This document shows positions 50,607 to 64,000 of a stretch of 64,000 nt of DNA, in pieces. Source of the DNA: Neodothiora populina (Eukaryota); assembly GCF_041146345.1 (NCBI RefSeq), contig NW_027191413.1, forward strand, positions 2,914,001 through 2,978,000. The letters run 5' to 3'. The translations under genes and the position numbers were made by a program. The notes beneath the pieces are model-generated. The model saw only the letters and a list, made by a program, of their open reading frames with translations, had not been told where the DNA came from and made no database searches. Within the stretch, counting starts at the first letter, position 1. Each line of letters begins with the position of its first letter.

Positions 50607-51185
50607 GATTTACGTTCTACTAGGTGCTCTGTCGAGGCTATTTGTGAGTAGCAAAGTACTTCATCGAGAGGAACCCGGGACGCTCATTTACACCCGGTCG
50701 GGCCGTGTGCACATCCATCGAACCACATTCATAGACGTAGAGCCTAGCACGAAGAAGCTTGCAGGCGGTCTGTCCTATTTGTCGTGAAAACGGGTCTTGA
50801 TCTCGTATCGCCGAAGGAAGAAAAGCTTAAGCCCCCGAACGTCCCAGGTGGGTGCCTTCAAATCGTGCCTTAGTCTAGGTATTCGCCCAAGATCAAAACA
50901 AAACGCCTTTCAGTTCCCCAATTTCCTCCGCACACACGAACGTTGGAGTTCTTCGGATCTCAATTCTTTCCCCATCGTTGTGCCGAAGGAGGAATATTAC
51001 CCCGCACAGAGCGCCCACCAAACGAGTAAGCACTGCGAACAAGCAACGAAGGCAGCACACAGACAGAGTGTGGTAACGCATCTTATCATCAGAAGCATGA
51101 CGGAATAGAAAATCTCACTACCAGTCTCGCATGGCAAGGAGCATATGATCAACGAACTGCTGATTAGAACAACCCGCCATCTACC

Positions 51186-51964
51186 TCAACCGAGGAACTT
51201 CAACTCGCCATTATCATTCGTAATCTTCTCATCAAGATGTATCGTCGTGCGATTCCACCCCCCACTCCCCCCTCTGCCCAGCTCAGCCTCCAGCACTCTC
51301 CCGTTATCCACCAGCCTGACATTCCTGGCGGACGCGCCAAAGTGTCCGCCTCTGGCCCAGGCGAACTCGCCGTTCATGTTGGCCAAGACGCTGTTCAGCG
51401 AGATGGACGAGAGCTTCCGAGAGCCGTCCATGGCAGGACACTGCGCTATCAGGTCATAGTCGCCGTCTAACGTGATGCTAGCGCAGCTCGCGGAGAAATT
51501 GCCTGCGAAGGGTGCTCCGGCCGGGCGTTGTCGGTCCCTTTTGTTTTTGTGGTCCGAGTCGGAGGATGACGAGCTACTGCTGCTGCTGCTGCTACTGCTG
51601 CTACTGCTGCTTCGGCTGTGTCGACCTTCCTTTTTCGGCTTCTTGTTCTTTTTGTCCTCTTTGAAGTGGTCTTCCAGTTTGGATCCGGCGAATGCCCCGC
51701 CCAAAGCCCCGATGACGCCGTGGTTGACTTTGTGCCCGCCGTAGGCTCCCAGTGCGCCTCCTGCGAGAGCGCCGGCCACGCCTTTGTCTTCTTCGTATGC
51801 GGGAGGGGGGCCGCCGTGCTGGTAGCCTGGTCGAAGACCAGACGAGTAGGACTCGTGGTACGTCGACTGGGTGTAAGTGTTGTTGTTGTTGTGTTGCTGT
51901 GGAGGAGGATGAGGATGAGGCGAGTGTGCGCCGCCAGCTTCTATCCTGGACTCCTGGTAGGGTG

Positions 51965-51996
<32 letters not shown>

Positions 51997-52412
51997 GGAG
52001 GATATGCATGTTGCTGTTGTTGCTGTTCTGGATATCCGCCATACTGGTGCTCTTGCTGCTGATATCCCTGACGCTGGTAGTCTGGCGATTGATATTCCTG
52101 ATGCTGATAGGATTGTTGTTGTTGTTCATGTTGAGGCGCAGTGTTGTATTGCCCATATGCCTGTGAAGGCCCACTGCTCGAGTACTGCGAGTACTGATAA
52201 CCCGATGGTTGTGATCCAGAGTGCTGTGACTCGGCATAACTGGCTGGCGGACCTTGACTCGGTGGTGGTGGAGTGTGGTGATAGTCTTGCTGATATGTTT
52301 GTTGATACGTCTGTTGATAGCGCTGCTGGTAGCCTGGCTGGCCCTGATATGATCCTTGCGGCGGCGGCGCATTGCCGCTGCCTGAGTCGTTGTAATAGTC
52401 GTCTGCAGACAT
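51186..52412 (-). CDS. Cyanovirin-N homology (CVNH) protein with a Q/Y-rich N-terminus and glycine zipper
   Basis: C-terminal GNFSASC..L.A.C..DG....S.ISLNSVLAN.NGEF..GG.FGASARNVRL..L.AEL...W....I.LDEKITNDNGEL, plus the zipper GALAGGALGAYGG..GALGGAFAG. ATG at 52412. Confidence 0.88.
51966..51996. repeat. (CAG)10 polyglutamine microsatellite in the CVNH gene
   Basis: A ctg run on the + strand encodes QQQQQQQQQQ. Confidence 0.9.
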
Positions 52413-52988
52413 GATTAAATCTCTGGATATCCTACTACCGTATCGTGCTGTCGTCAACTGTTCGCAAGATACACATATATATATATGAGAACTAGGCTCC
52501 AGTATAAATAGAGTGTCAGCACGTGTTTCGGAGGATCATGCTATTCTTGGCACTGAGGATCACCGGCCGAAGCATTCTTGGCATGTGCTTGTATTTGCCT
52601 TATTGTCTATATATAGCTACCTAAGATAGATACTTGTACCTCTATATTCCTCGGGCTGATCTGGCTTTCATGTTTACAAACACAGAAGGTGGACTGAAAG
52701 CAAGTGCAAAGGTAGGGTATTTGAGAGAATGACGTCTGGACCCCGCCTTTCCCGATGCCCGTTTAAAACAGGTACATTTGTGACATCTCCGCTCGACCTG
52801 ACAAAGGCGGTATCACAAGCCCTACCGGATGCGAGTAGGGGCACATACTATCACTGATCATAGTAGCACTCTGTGTAACAATACTTCGATGTACAGCTTG
52901 ATTCGTGCTGTATATAGGACACTATAACATCACCTCTGTCTTCTCGCTTTGCAGAACGTCTCCGTGCAATCATTGGCCATCTCTCCCC

Positions 52989-54995
52989 TCACATAGGTAC
53001 GATGCCTGCAACCGACCTCCAGAAGTCGCATCTGTACCCTCTGCCTTGCTCCCAAGTCCAGGCATTAATTAGACTGAAATCATTCACTAAACCAGGCCCG
53101 ATCGATATCGAAGAATTCTCGGTCTTCAAAACCGCCATGCTAGAAGGGACGCCACCAGTCTCATTGAGGTTGATCTGGTACGGGGCGTAGATGCTGAAGG
53201 GCGGCCAGTCTGTGATGGGATTCGAGGTAGATGGATTGGTTGCATTTGCGCCGTTCGCGACCGCAAGAGATATCGATGGATTAGATCCCGTTACGAAATT
53301 GCCCCAGATCTCTACACCTTTGTGTAAGTAACATCCTCCGGTGAGTTATACCAGCAAGGTAGAAAAGGAGGATACGTACGCATGAATGCTAGCTCGAAGT
53401 CACTGCTCTGGACCACACTGGGTGGACCAAAGTAACCTGCAACGTCCGCACCGTGCTGTGCGACTGGCACGGAGTACTGGTACTTGTACGAGCTTCGACC
53501 TTTGTCCGTGAATGATTCTGCCATCCAATAGCTTGGACAGACGAACGTGAGTTCGGCATATATGTTGTCGGCTCGTTGCTGTTGACCGCTCCCCACGGAA
53601 CTCTCATTCAATGCACTCGGACCTGTGTAACCGAGGGTCGCATAGTCGGCGGCATTAGGATCAACCGAGTCATTGCTACCGGGATAATAGAGAAGAACTT
53701 TGGCGATGTCGTCGTTGGTCATGAGAGGGAACGTCAATTCCAGCCAAGCTAGCAAATCGGCCTCTGTTGTGATAGTCTGAGGAGTGAACCCGGGCCCCTC
53801 GTTCGCGTTATTCTATAATTCGATGTCAGCACCAAATTCTATCCACCAGTCTACACTCCACTTACCCCGACCAGAAGATTCCGACCATTCAACTGCTTTT
53901 GGAGGAGTTGCTGGCTGGGTACATTCTGTATAAAGACGTTGTCTGTCACGGGCAAGAAACCCCAGGTTCCATAAGTGCCAGATGATGAAACGTTGAAACT
54001 CGCGTTCTGAAGAACCATGGTGTCCTGTACTGTCAGACACTCGAATATAGTATATGGAGAACCACCGTAAGCGGTTGTCTGAAGGCATCCGGCTTCAGCA
54101 GCAAATGCGTAGTAGGACTGAGAAGGAACCCAGTCCTTATACCCATATTGCATGGGAAGGTATGGAGATGCAGCGATGGCGTTAGTGAAAAGCATGTCGC
54201 CAAGCGAACCGCCATATGCCATAGTTTGCAACATAACGGAACCGCCTCCTGCACTTTCTCCCGAGATTGTCACCATGGAGGCATTGCCACCAAACAGCCC
54301 GATATACGATTGTACCCACTGCAGTGCAAAAGTTTGGTCCAAAATACCAGCGTTGGCGACACCGTTCCTGTACACTTCATCTCCGGCAAGGAATCCGAAA
54401 GCGCCCAGTCTGTACTGGATCGCTACACCAATGAAGCTCTTGTTATTTGCGTTGATGATGGTTGACAAGTCCTGTCGCCCGTTACCAGCTCCGTAACCGC
54501 CTCCGTGGATCCAAACAAGCACTGGCAAGTTTTCGGCATCTGGTGGGGCATACACATTGAGGAATAAGCAGTCCTCACTTCCATACCCACCGTAATGCGG
54601 CGCAGGTAATGAGGAGTCCTGACTTTGCGGACATTGTGGCCCAAGGTTAGTAGCTTGAGCCACAACACTTCGATTCAATTTGGGTGCTTGTGGTGCCTGC
54701 CATCTCAAAGAGCCAATAGGAGGCTCTGCAAAGCGTATTCTGGCCGATCTAGTTAGCATAATATGCCCACATTCCATCACTTGTTATCATACCCTTTCCA
54801 CACATTCAGATCTGAAGTGCTGTTGTGAGTACCTTCGTACACTTGGTAGCCAAGATCCACTTGAAGACTTGAATTGTTCTCGTACTGTCGCTTTTGGAGT
54901 AAATGGTCAAATGGAGAAGAAACAGGCAAAACTGAAGCATCCACTACACTGGCGATGGCAAGAGGCAGTATCAGAGTAGCAATGCGGTTCAACAT
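52989..54995 (-). CDS. Secreted type-B carboxylesterase/lipase
   Basis: Signal peptide, SEDCLFLNVYAP, WIHGGGY, QYRLGAFGFL, GESAGG (Ser), NNANEG (Glu) and QHGADV (His). Three introns; ends ...AGIVPM-TGA at 52989. Confidence 0.93.
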
Positions 54996-56280
54996 CGTAG
55001 CGATTTCAAACGGCGACGACCAGCAGAGTTTACCATCTTTCGGAACTTACTCTATACATGATATATATACGACTCTCGACACACCATTCGTGCGGGGAAC
55101 ATGAGGAGTATTTGCCTTTACAGATGTCCCGTTCTAAGTGGTCTGCGAGTACCTGGTCGATCAGGAACACGGGATGAACATGAACAACAAAAGTCACAAA
55201 GTTCGGACTCGAGACGCGGTTGCAGTATCTCAATTTGTGCGACTTGACAGCAGAACGGCAGACGTCATGCATAATGGATGACACGTGCAAGAAGATCCGT
55301 GGACGTTCGAAGAGCATTGGAATGCCTCTATTGGTGTAGACGAATATCCCGTCAGGCATGTAGAGCGGATCCTCCAAGTGGATTCATCAGGGAGCAGTCT
55401 AGCGTCCGTATTCACAAGCCTCAGAAGGAAGATTGCCGACTAAGCGGGAGATCTGACGACCTCCATGCGCGTATAGAGTATACCATACTGTATGTGGTAT
55501 TGACAGATTAAGCAGAAACAAAGTATGGTTAAGGTACTGTAAGGTAGTTGGGTGTTAAACGATTACCGTGCGGGGTTATCGCGGGATGAAGTGGGGACAT
55601 GGAAGCTTTTACCCCGAACGTGAACGATGCGCTTGACATCACTCCTCATTGTGCTTTTCGAGGACTGTGAGAGAACTGACGGGGCACGATGACGTGGCTT
55701 AATAGTTCAATGGTTCAAGGTTGGGTAAGGTAAGGTAGTATTGTGTGACCTCTTACCTCGGCAATGTTCTCGCATACCTCAGGACGAGGGGTTGTGGTCA
55801 GAGAATGAGGGTAGCACCAGCACGGCGTTGTTAACGAGTCTCGTCTTTTTGTCGGGTGCATATCCACGGATCACTGAGGTGCGCCTTTTTTAGCTAGACC
55901 ACTTTAGCATGACCACATACAGAACCACCTCATGCTAGAATATATGGCGACTCTACAACACGAGCAGTCCAAACCTATCAATACACGAGAGGATGAGATC
56001 GACACGATAAAGTCGGAGAATCGATAAGCTATGTCAAGTGACAGCTGCACAGCACAAAGCGTGTTGAGATAATTAGGTAAACATGAAACTCAGTTGCTGG
56101 TATAGATGCACGTGGCTGCCTGTTTCAATGGCTACAGTAGCTAAATCGGATCTCAAGGGGCAATGAGAAGAATTAGTTAGATTATTTATCAAGGCCAGAT
56201 GAAATGCTATACGATAACGATGCCTGGTACAAGTGACGTCCGGGAAGATCTAAAGTGTAGAACTTGTCATGAAAGAAACA

Positions 56281-58962
56281 TCATACCAGGTTCGGGCTCG
56301 CGTTAGTGCTGTTGCTCAACCTCTTATATGCCCATTTGACCGGGCTAACCGGGTTCCACGAGTCGCGATAACGTCGATTGACCATTTCGTGGCCCTCTTC
56401 GTCAGTTTTGGGCTCGATGTAAACATGACCCTCCCTAGTCATGAGACGCCATGGAACGAAGTATTTCCCCTTCGGACCCTCACAGTCGACTTTCATGAGT
56501 TCGGTTTCAGGGCTGTTCAGTGCAAGGCTGAACAGATTAAGTGGCTCACTGAAGTCGGTGATAAGTCCCCGTTTGGATATCAGATATGACAAGCAGAGGA
56601 TGTTGAGAACGAACAAAAGTGCTAGGACCAGGAAGAAAATTCCCTTCTCATTCCCTAGAGTACCTCCTGACGCGTATTGTTGAGCTTGCAGCAAAACCTT
56701 GAAGTCCTCATATTGACCAGGTTGCAGCATATTATGCGATGCGGATGTGTAGTTGAAATACTCGTTGAACTGAGCATCTTGCGTACCCATCACAATGGTG
56801 CAGCCAGCCATGACGGCCAATGCTTCGGCAGGGCTGGGAAGTTTTGTTTGTAGACTGCTAGATGTGTTGGGTAGCATAAGTTGAGTCAAGAGTCGAGCAT
56901 TACTTGCATTCCCGTTGATCAAGCCATCGTCAAGAGATATGCTATTTCCCCAGTCATGCGCACCTTCAACCCAGTCCTTACTGACCGTCGCGTTGCCACT
57001 ATTGGCATTGGGGTTTTGTCGACTGTATTGCATCTGATCTCCTGTCTCACAGTCGACCCGGAGATACGCATGGGCTGACGTAACTCTGTACGTAGTCTTG
57101 CACAGCGGCGTAATGTAGGCTTTGATGGAGCAGAGGAGATATTCGTCTTCGTCTTCTTTCCTGCCAAGAAGATAGATGGCGTTCCTTCCATAATTCCCAG
57201 TATGATTGAGAATTGTATTGTAGTTTTCAGGAAACTTTCCGAAGATTGGAGGCGTTTGGTCGTACTTCTCACCCCATCCAAATAAATCGTCAACCACTGT
57301 CTTATTCTTCATATATTCTTCACGACTAATACCGGCAAATTTGACATTCGTAGATACGTTCTGAAAATTGTCATCTCCATTAGAGAAATTTGCGTACACG
57401 ATAGGCTCCAATTCATGCTCTCGCATGTTGGCGCATAAGACGTTGATCGCAGGCGACCATATGGAGGCATTCAGTGAGTAAATCCCAAGTCCATCGAGAT
57501 CCTGCGTCACATAAGCGATCGAACAAAGGGGCTGGCTTGGAATGAAGTACCTCAGGTTGTAGTATGCCGTTCTTGACATCTCGAGCAGCAGTAGTGACCC
57601 CCGAATGCGGCATTGCCATGGACACATTATTGACCACTCTCCCATCCAGAACAGTTGCATTAGTCTCGGTAATCTCGATCCATTGGCCTGTAACGGTTGT
57701 ATTTTCGGTCAATAACGCAAAGGCTTGTGGTCGCTCTGATAGCAGACTGGAGCCATTTCCACTTTTAGCATAGCTGGCCCAATCTGTGAGATATCGCTGA
57801 TAATTGTGAAGAGCCTGGGAAACCATCTCTATCTGCACGCAAGTACTCGGGCCATCTGTCTCATCGTATGGGATATTAGGTGATTCGCATTGGTCCTGGA
57901 GATATTGGATATTCGCCCAGCTCGTCTTGACGAGACCGTGCATAGTCTTAGCTTCCCAGTCACCAAACTTCAATCGGGGCTGAACTAGTGCCACTGAGGC
58001 CGTTGTATACAGCAGGGCGACGAAAGCAGCTGCGAAAGTGACAACGCTCGGGACGGATATGACAGATAAGCGCATTTCGAAGAGGTGGGCAAATATCTTC
58101 ATTGGCTGCATAACCCATGAGCGCAGATCGACCTCAGCAAGAGTTATACCATGTCTCGGTTGGGTATGTGCTCGTCGCCAAAGGAATTGCCCAATGAATG
58201 AGACGAAGACTGTCACAAAAGAAAGCTCAATGGTTTTGGCAAAAATAGTTACGAGCAAGTTGGCATTCGCAGATGAAATCGAGCCATGGCTTCCGATCCA
58301 AGACCATCTAGGTCCCTTAATAGCGATGACGAGCCAAAGCCCAGACATTATCGTCGAGTACAAAGAGAGTGCAAGCACGACAATTGACTGCAAGGAGGCG
58401 CAGCCGCGATATAGATGCTTCTGGGCCATCCCGGTCGGGCGATCTATGCGGGACAGGTCAGAAAATTCCCGATTTTCGAGTCAGATAGGTCCGTCTCCGT
58501 ATACACACCATCGTCAGGGGGTCCTGTTCCATCACGCAACAAATCCGTGTTCGAAGCTGAGTTGTACATGCCTTCGATAGTCGACGGTAGGGAGGACGCC
58601 GACGGCTTGCTCAGTGTTGTCCATAATTTGGCGGGATCGTAAGCTGTATTTGACCGAGCCAAGTCGCTCGTACCATAAGGACTGTTGGTCGTATTTGCGA
58701 CCGTGGACCCAGATAAATTGCGCGAGTGTGTAAGTCTTGCATGGTCAGGATTAGATTCTTCAACGACTTGTGCTTCAGTAATATCTGCATCTTTCTGTCT
58801 CGCATTTTCAGACAGATGCTCGACTCCCTCAGATACTGAGTCGAGTCGCGCATATGTAGGCCTATGGCGAACCGGGGTCCGAGACGACTCTTCCAATTGA
58901 AATGAAGGTGAGTATACCGGATCAGGGCTATCTAGACTACCATTGTAGTGCGCTTGTGACAT
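56281..58962 (-). CDS. Conserved fungal multi-pass membrane protein of unknown function
   Basis: Three ORFs join in frame through introns 58444-58508 (GTGTGT..CTGAC..TAG) and ~57502-57551. It has TM segments around FAKTIELSFVTVFVSFIGQ, an N-glycosylation-rich lumenal region, and a final TM helix followed by TDFSEPLNLFSLALNSP. Confidence 0.8.
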
Positions 58963-60285
58963 GGTGATTGATCTTTTGATATCCCCTCAGACTAGTGGTG
59001 AGTATACCGTGTAGCACAGCTATTTGGTGACTCTTGGAGTTTGAGAAAAAGGACATTTTCATGAAGGGGTGGATTAAGTAGCCAGAAAAGACCACAGACA
59101 CCGCAACACGACATGAACCGTGTGATTCAGACCCATGCACCATCCGATCTGGGGCGATCACGTCGAAATGGTCAGTTCGCATGATGATGTGGCTGGCGTA
59201 TACTGAAACGTTTGATTGGGTTCGAGTTCGAGCTCATGTTGCCAAAAGGTAAGCGATAATCGTGGTGTGGTCTACAGTAGCTAATCGCAGCCGCATGGGG
59301 ATGCTCAGCTTGCAGCCTTGCTCCACAAGGCGTTCCGTTGGACAGGTAGTCACATTAACGAACCAGACCGATTATGCGGCCTTGTCTTGAGGTGGGCCTC
59401 GTTATGGAAGGCTGCAACATGGGTCAAGATCAATATAATACAATGGCGCACCTCTGAAGATCATCTCAATCTCAACAGCCTTATTCGAACCACGAGACTG
59501 GGGCAGCCAACTACGTTGCATATGCAGCGATCGCACAGCTCGCATGAACTAATCCTCGAGTGTGTTATCTGGTGCGCTGATGGATTCCGCATTAGAGGGG
59601 TTCAATGTGGATGTAACAGCTATCTCCTATACAGCACAGTATCGGCAGTCGATCCGTCGCGTTGAGGTCCCACTTTATTCAATATATAGCTGCAGCCAAT
59701 GAACAAGTTCTATTAATACTTACAGTCTTCGACTGCGACCGCAACTGCAACCCAAATAGCTACGGAAAAACGCTCTGATTCACCAAAGGCACGTTCAAGG
59801 TCCAGCCTGCTTGACATGCAGATACAGATCAGAATTGTGTATCGCATCTGCGGCAACGCGTTCTTTCTTTGCAGCGGTACGCCAAGAAGTCCAAGAACAG
59901 AATATGGGACGTCGATCATCTGCGAAGTTTAACTTGACATTTACTGCACATGGACGCTTAAGAATAACAACGATCACCCACGCAGTCCCGGTCAGGAAAA
60001 TGGCCGCGGTGGCGATGATTGAGGCTTGCAGAAAGTTCCCGATATGAAGCTCCCTTACAAACCTGAACCCAGGCTACCTCCTTGATACGTTCCACGAAGT
60101 GACCCTACAAGGGGGACAATAATAGTGCTACTATGCATTGACCTTTGACTGAGCATGGCATCGCGTATGTCTTCACATCATGAAATATTTGGCCATCCTT
60201 GAGCGCACTGCGTATTTGAAGTTCATTTGTTTCTCTCACTCAGTATAGATATGTAAGGTAATTAAGGTAGTCCACATATCTACGC

Positions 60286-60699
60286 TCAAGCGCTTGAACA
60301 CAAAAGTCCAGCGGAACCAAGCTGCGATAGTACGTCAGAACGATTCACAAACGATCACAAAAGGAGTTGCCTTACAAGGGAGAGAGTACAGCACTCGGCT
60401 GATTTTCCTTCGGCACTGCAAGTTGCCACAAATTGATCAGTGCTGGTAATGTCACTGTTGACTGATTTCACACATGCGTCAGTATTTTCTCCTATGAGGA
60501 ATTGAGACCACTTACTACTGGCGCAGTTGAGGTCGGCAATGCCCTCAACGTCGGTCTGGCAGCACATTGGTGTGTCCAGAGGTCCACACAGGTCGGCACG
60601 TCTGTCTAGAGTTGCAGTGCGACGTTCGACTCTGGCTGGGCCTGAGCTGGCAGCTGCGGCAATTGATGCCATGGCGAGGAGAACTGCTTGGATTTGCAT
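60286..60699 (-). CDS. Class II hydrophobin (cerato-ulmin type)
   Basis: After removing introns 60462-60515 and 60322-60375, the protein has a signal peptide, RR sites and the 8-Cys pattern C-X7-CC-X11-C-X16-C-X8-CC-X11-C. Confidence 0.9.
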
Positions 60700-62237
60700 C
60701 TTGAATAGTTTGTGATAAGAAGAGGAATGATAAATGGTGCTTAAAGTTCTTTATGAGATGGTTGTGATTGTGTTCTGGGTTGGAAAATGATCGATATTCT
60801 CGAGGTGACCAGAGCGATATATATACCCTACCTTGAGGGGTTCCTCAGAGCATAACCTACTGTACAGAATCAATAGCAACACTCTGCTATCTTCACACCT
60901 CATTGCCAGGTTGGTCTTACGGAGCGAGGGAAATAGACACATACCTCTGAGTAAGTGTTTCGAGGACTATCTCCAGCGACCGGTATCAAGGATCGACACG
61001 ATGTACAGACATGTCCTATCTCGACCAACACTTGGTCTTGTCAAGTGGCTTGTCAAGGTGTAGCTGTTGTTATCAGACTTTCGTAGCATCGTCTGAAAGA
61101 CCATGAATATAGAGATGGAGGTCTTCCGGTCCGCTTGGACCCATGTAGATCACATGCTCAGGCTCTGATATTCTCAGGTACAGAATAGACGGGGGCCGAC
61201 CATAAATTCGGGACCTGGAGTGACGTAGTTCTATGCCCATGAGTTCCACACGTTGACAGATACTGGTGGTGGTAAGACAAGCAAGTTTAGACGCGAGTGC
61301 TAAAGGCTACTGCGTAGGCTCTGGATTTTCCATGCATAACTCGGTACCTCGATTACTTTGTGCAATAAGCAAGGCGATGTGACGATTGAATGTTCCAGCG
61401 CGTAGGACCGGGATGGAGGTAGGAAAGTGGGTCTGGGGATGAGAAACATCGTGATGATCCCCAAGCCCGATGTGCACATCTGATTCCATCAATTTTAAGG
61501 GGCATGGTCGTGTGTCCAATCGAAGTCAGACTATCTTCCCACACGATGGAGTTCTTCCCCTATCTGTTCTGACAGTGCGACGCTGGATTTTCTCTGCCGG
61601 TAGAGCATACGGTAAGTCTATGGTCACTAAAGCATACCTACCGTATGTCCATTGCGGAGCCTCGAAACGTCTATTGCCAAGCTTCATCAAGTCGATCATC
61701 ATCTAGAAGTGCGGTGTTTTCGAGCAATATGAAGCATTACAGTCGGATAATTTTAAGGTTATTCGGATCCAACGAGTTCAGAGAGTACAGTGGAGAATGT
61801 GGAGCACCGTACTGAGCAAAGCATCGGGCAAAAGGAAACATACAGAAGTCAATTCTCATTTCAAGTATAAGATAGTTCTGGGTTGTACTGTAAGGGCGCG
61901 AAGCCCGGAGCTTTATTCCCCACGTTCGGCAGTGATGACCAGGATTTTCTGACTTGGTACCCGGCGGCGTGCTCAGATCTGCGCCAATCAAATGGGCGTG
62001 CACGGTATATCGAGATGGTGAGAGATAAATTTCGCCCCCTTAACTCATGGTCTATCTACTACGAGACGAGTCAAACCTTGAGGGTTTTTTACATGAACGC
62101 ATCTTTTGTTCTCCTCTTATCAGTAATTACATCGAGCGTTCGTGTCATTCTAATGCTGCTCGGAAGCTCGGCAGTCGAGGAGCACGACTTTGATGACTTT
62201 GAATAGACAGTATCTATCGACGTCTAATGACGCACTA

Positions 62238-63685
62238 CTAATCCACTCGCACTGATCGCACGACATCGACGTGAATGAGTTTGGCATCTGAGTCACTGCT
62301 GTCCATCGACCTCTGACGGCTCCTCGCAACAGTCTGCACATCCGCCGTGTAATCGGCGTTCTCTAGTCGCACGGGCATGATATCGTCCACCTCTGAATGC
62401 CGAGAGTGCTTGGGCTTGCCGATGATTCGCCTCATTGGGAAGCTTTCTCCATCGCTAGATTTGTGACTGCTTGTATAGCGCGAGTGCATGCTTGGTCTGC
62501 TTGAGCTCTTGGACCTTTGCCCTTTCCTCTTGTTCGTGTTGCCGGAATCGTGGTTGCTAGACGATCCGCCTTGGCCAAACATGCTGGGCAGAGCTCTTCC
62601 GTCCTCATCGCTTATGGTGACGTCGAACGACTTTCTCATCCAGAGCAGAGACGGCGCCGCAGCAGACATACCGGCCCAGGTGATTTGAGCATTCTGCCAA
62701 ACAAGAACATCTACGATAGCGATACCTTTATCGTGCGCAGAGACATACTGATGGAAGGTGATCGCACGGGCAATACTAAATGGGATGCATCTTGAAGGCT
62801 GATCAGCAGTCCGAAGCTGAGAGATTGACTCGAAGCTTACCCAAATTTGACAAAGAAAGAAGATATGACAGCGATCTTGTCACTTCTTATCATCTGCAAT
62901 GGCCATATCAGCCAGATGACAAGGCCAAGATTGAACACGTCGGTTAGAATATCGACAATACAGATTGCGAGCCATTTGGTGTACTAGACATACGATATCA
63001 GTTGAGTCTGAACGAGCAGCGCCAGGCATTTTGTTTCAGGCCTTACCAAAGCAGGACACCTTGTACCATCACTCTGGGTCCCAGACAAGTCTACGGGAGC
63101 ACAGTGTGCTGCAACACTCACGATAGACGCAAGTGTCCATGCGCTGGCTACAATGAAGCCCACAAGACAGCCTTTCCTGAAGCTGGGCATGTGCGAAGTT
63201 TCTGCCAAGCGCCATGCTATGAGAACGACCCAGCATTTGTGGATGCCTATGGCCGCAAGGTAAAGCTCCTCACTGGACAGCACATACTCCAAATGTATGT
63301 CAGCCTCCATCTTCTGCTCTGGAAATCAAAATACTGTCTTACAGTTGCTTTTCGGTGTTGATCACCAACAGGCAGTGTTGAGCTCACTCCTAGGCCATCG
63401 TTACGTCCGACGAACAGAACGACTGCTTCTGCAGCACCAAGGATCTATAATGAATCATAGGTCAGTACTTCGTGTATGTATGCTTCAGATCGAGTTGGTA
63501 AGTCTCACGAATGCGAGGGTGGTAGCAGCATCGCTCAAGCCAAGAACCTTACCCCTACGCACGATGGTAAAGGGAAGTGCAAACAGCGGGACCAGGACGG
63601 TCAGTAACGCTGAGACCAGAACCTGTCCGTCCTTGTTGGTGGATGTGTTACTGCCAAATGGTGGGTGAACGGTGAGGTTTGGCAT
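62238..63685 (-). CDS. PTH11-like rhodopsin-domain integral membrane protein
   Basis: LGLSDAATTLAF, DGLG, LYLAAIGIHK, SAWTLASIVSVAAHC.P, VDILTD..LQM...K..VI..F, and a polar cytoplasmic tail. About four introns. Confidence 0.8.
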
Positions 63686-64000
63686 TTCATCTGCAGGTGG
63701 AGCGAGCGCAGTATAAAGGCAAGTGGATAGCAGACGTTGTCATTGATGAGTCCTTTTATCAACGATGCTATCGCAACAACTTCGATCCTGCGACACAATA
63801 TCTGTGGCTTATAGTCGGCTGATGTGCAAGTCGCGAGAACCTCTCGTCTGGACGAGGGACATACCTGGGGCCATGGTTCAGCAATTTGATCGGGTCGCTA
63901 TCAAGGTAATCTCAAGATTCCTGACCCAGGGTGTGGGCAGATAAATGACTTGACGACCATGACCTGCGACTTCTGTAGTAGCGCGATCATCATGGTTACA

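Noticed and set aside
51472..52414. Poly-Leu/poly-Ala ORFs on the + strand
   Set aside because: Antisense translations of the polyQ and poly-Ser microsatellites of the CVNH gene.
58430..58508. Apparent premature stop/frameshift in the membrane-protein gene
   Set aside because: Resolved by an intron (GTGTGT...CTGAC...TAG, 58444-58508), so it is not a pseudogene.

Overview
This is eukaryotic, intron-containing DNA from a filamentous ascomycete (Pezizomycotina). The evidence is GT-AG introns of mostly ~53-65 nt with CTRAY branch points, plus Zn2Cys6, hydrophobin and PTH11-like genes; Dothideomycetes is a guess. About 23 protein-coding genes can be supported after manual splicing. Core or recognisable genes: UBP15/USP7, a p24 cargo receptor, two NCS1 nucleobase permeases, a thymine-7-hydroxylase-like 2OG-Fe(II) dioxygenase, STE23/IDE, a ketopantoate-reductase-family protein, a secreted carboxylesterase and a class II hydrophobin. 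Others: an HSL-family esterase cut by the left edge and absent from the ORF track, EthD, ankyrin, Asp f4-like, F-box-like, Zn2Cys6, SnoaL, CVNH and PTH11-like proteins, and two membrane proteins of unknown function. I could not recognise any tRNA, rRNA, CRISPR array or intact transposon. The best leads are: (1) an intronless PolX/Pol-beta-like nucleotidyltransferase of unknown function; (2) a probable Acm1-type APC/C-Cdh1 inhibitor with ABBA, KEN and D-box motifs and forkhead sites; (3) a zinc-finger protein containing NLR-type TPR repeats but no NOD domain; (4) a cluster of two NCS1 permeases and a dioxygenase; (5) a phase-locked 20 x 11-bp degenerate array. All family calls come from recognising motifs by eye; no database searches were run.
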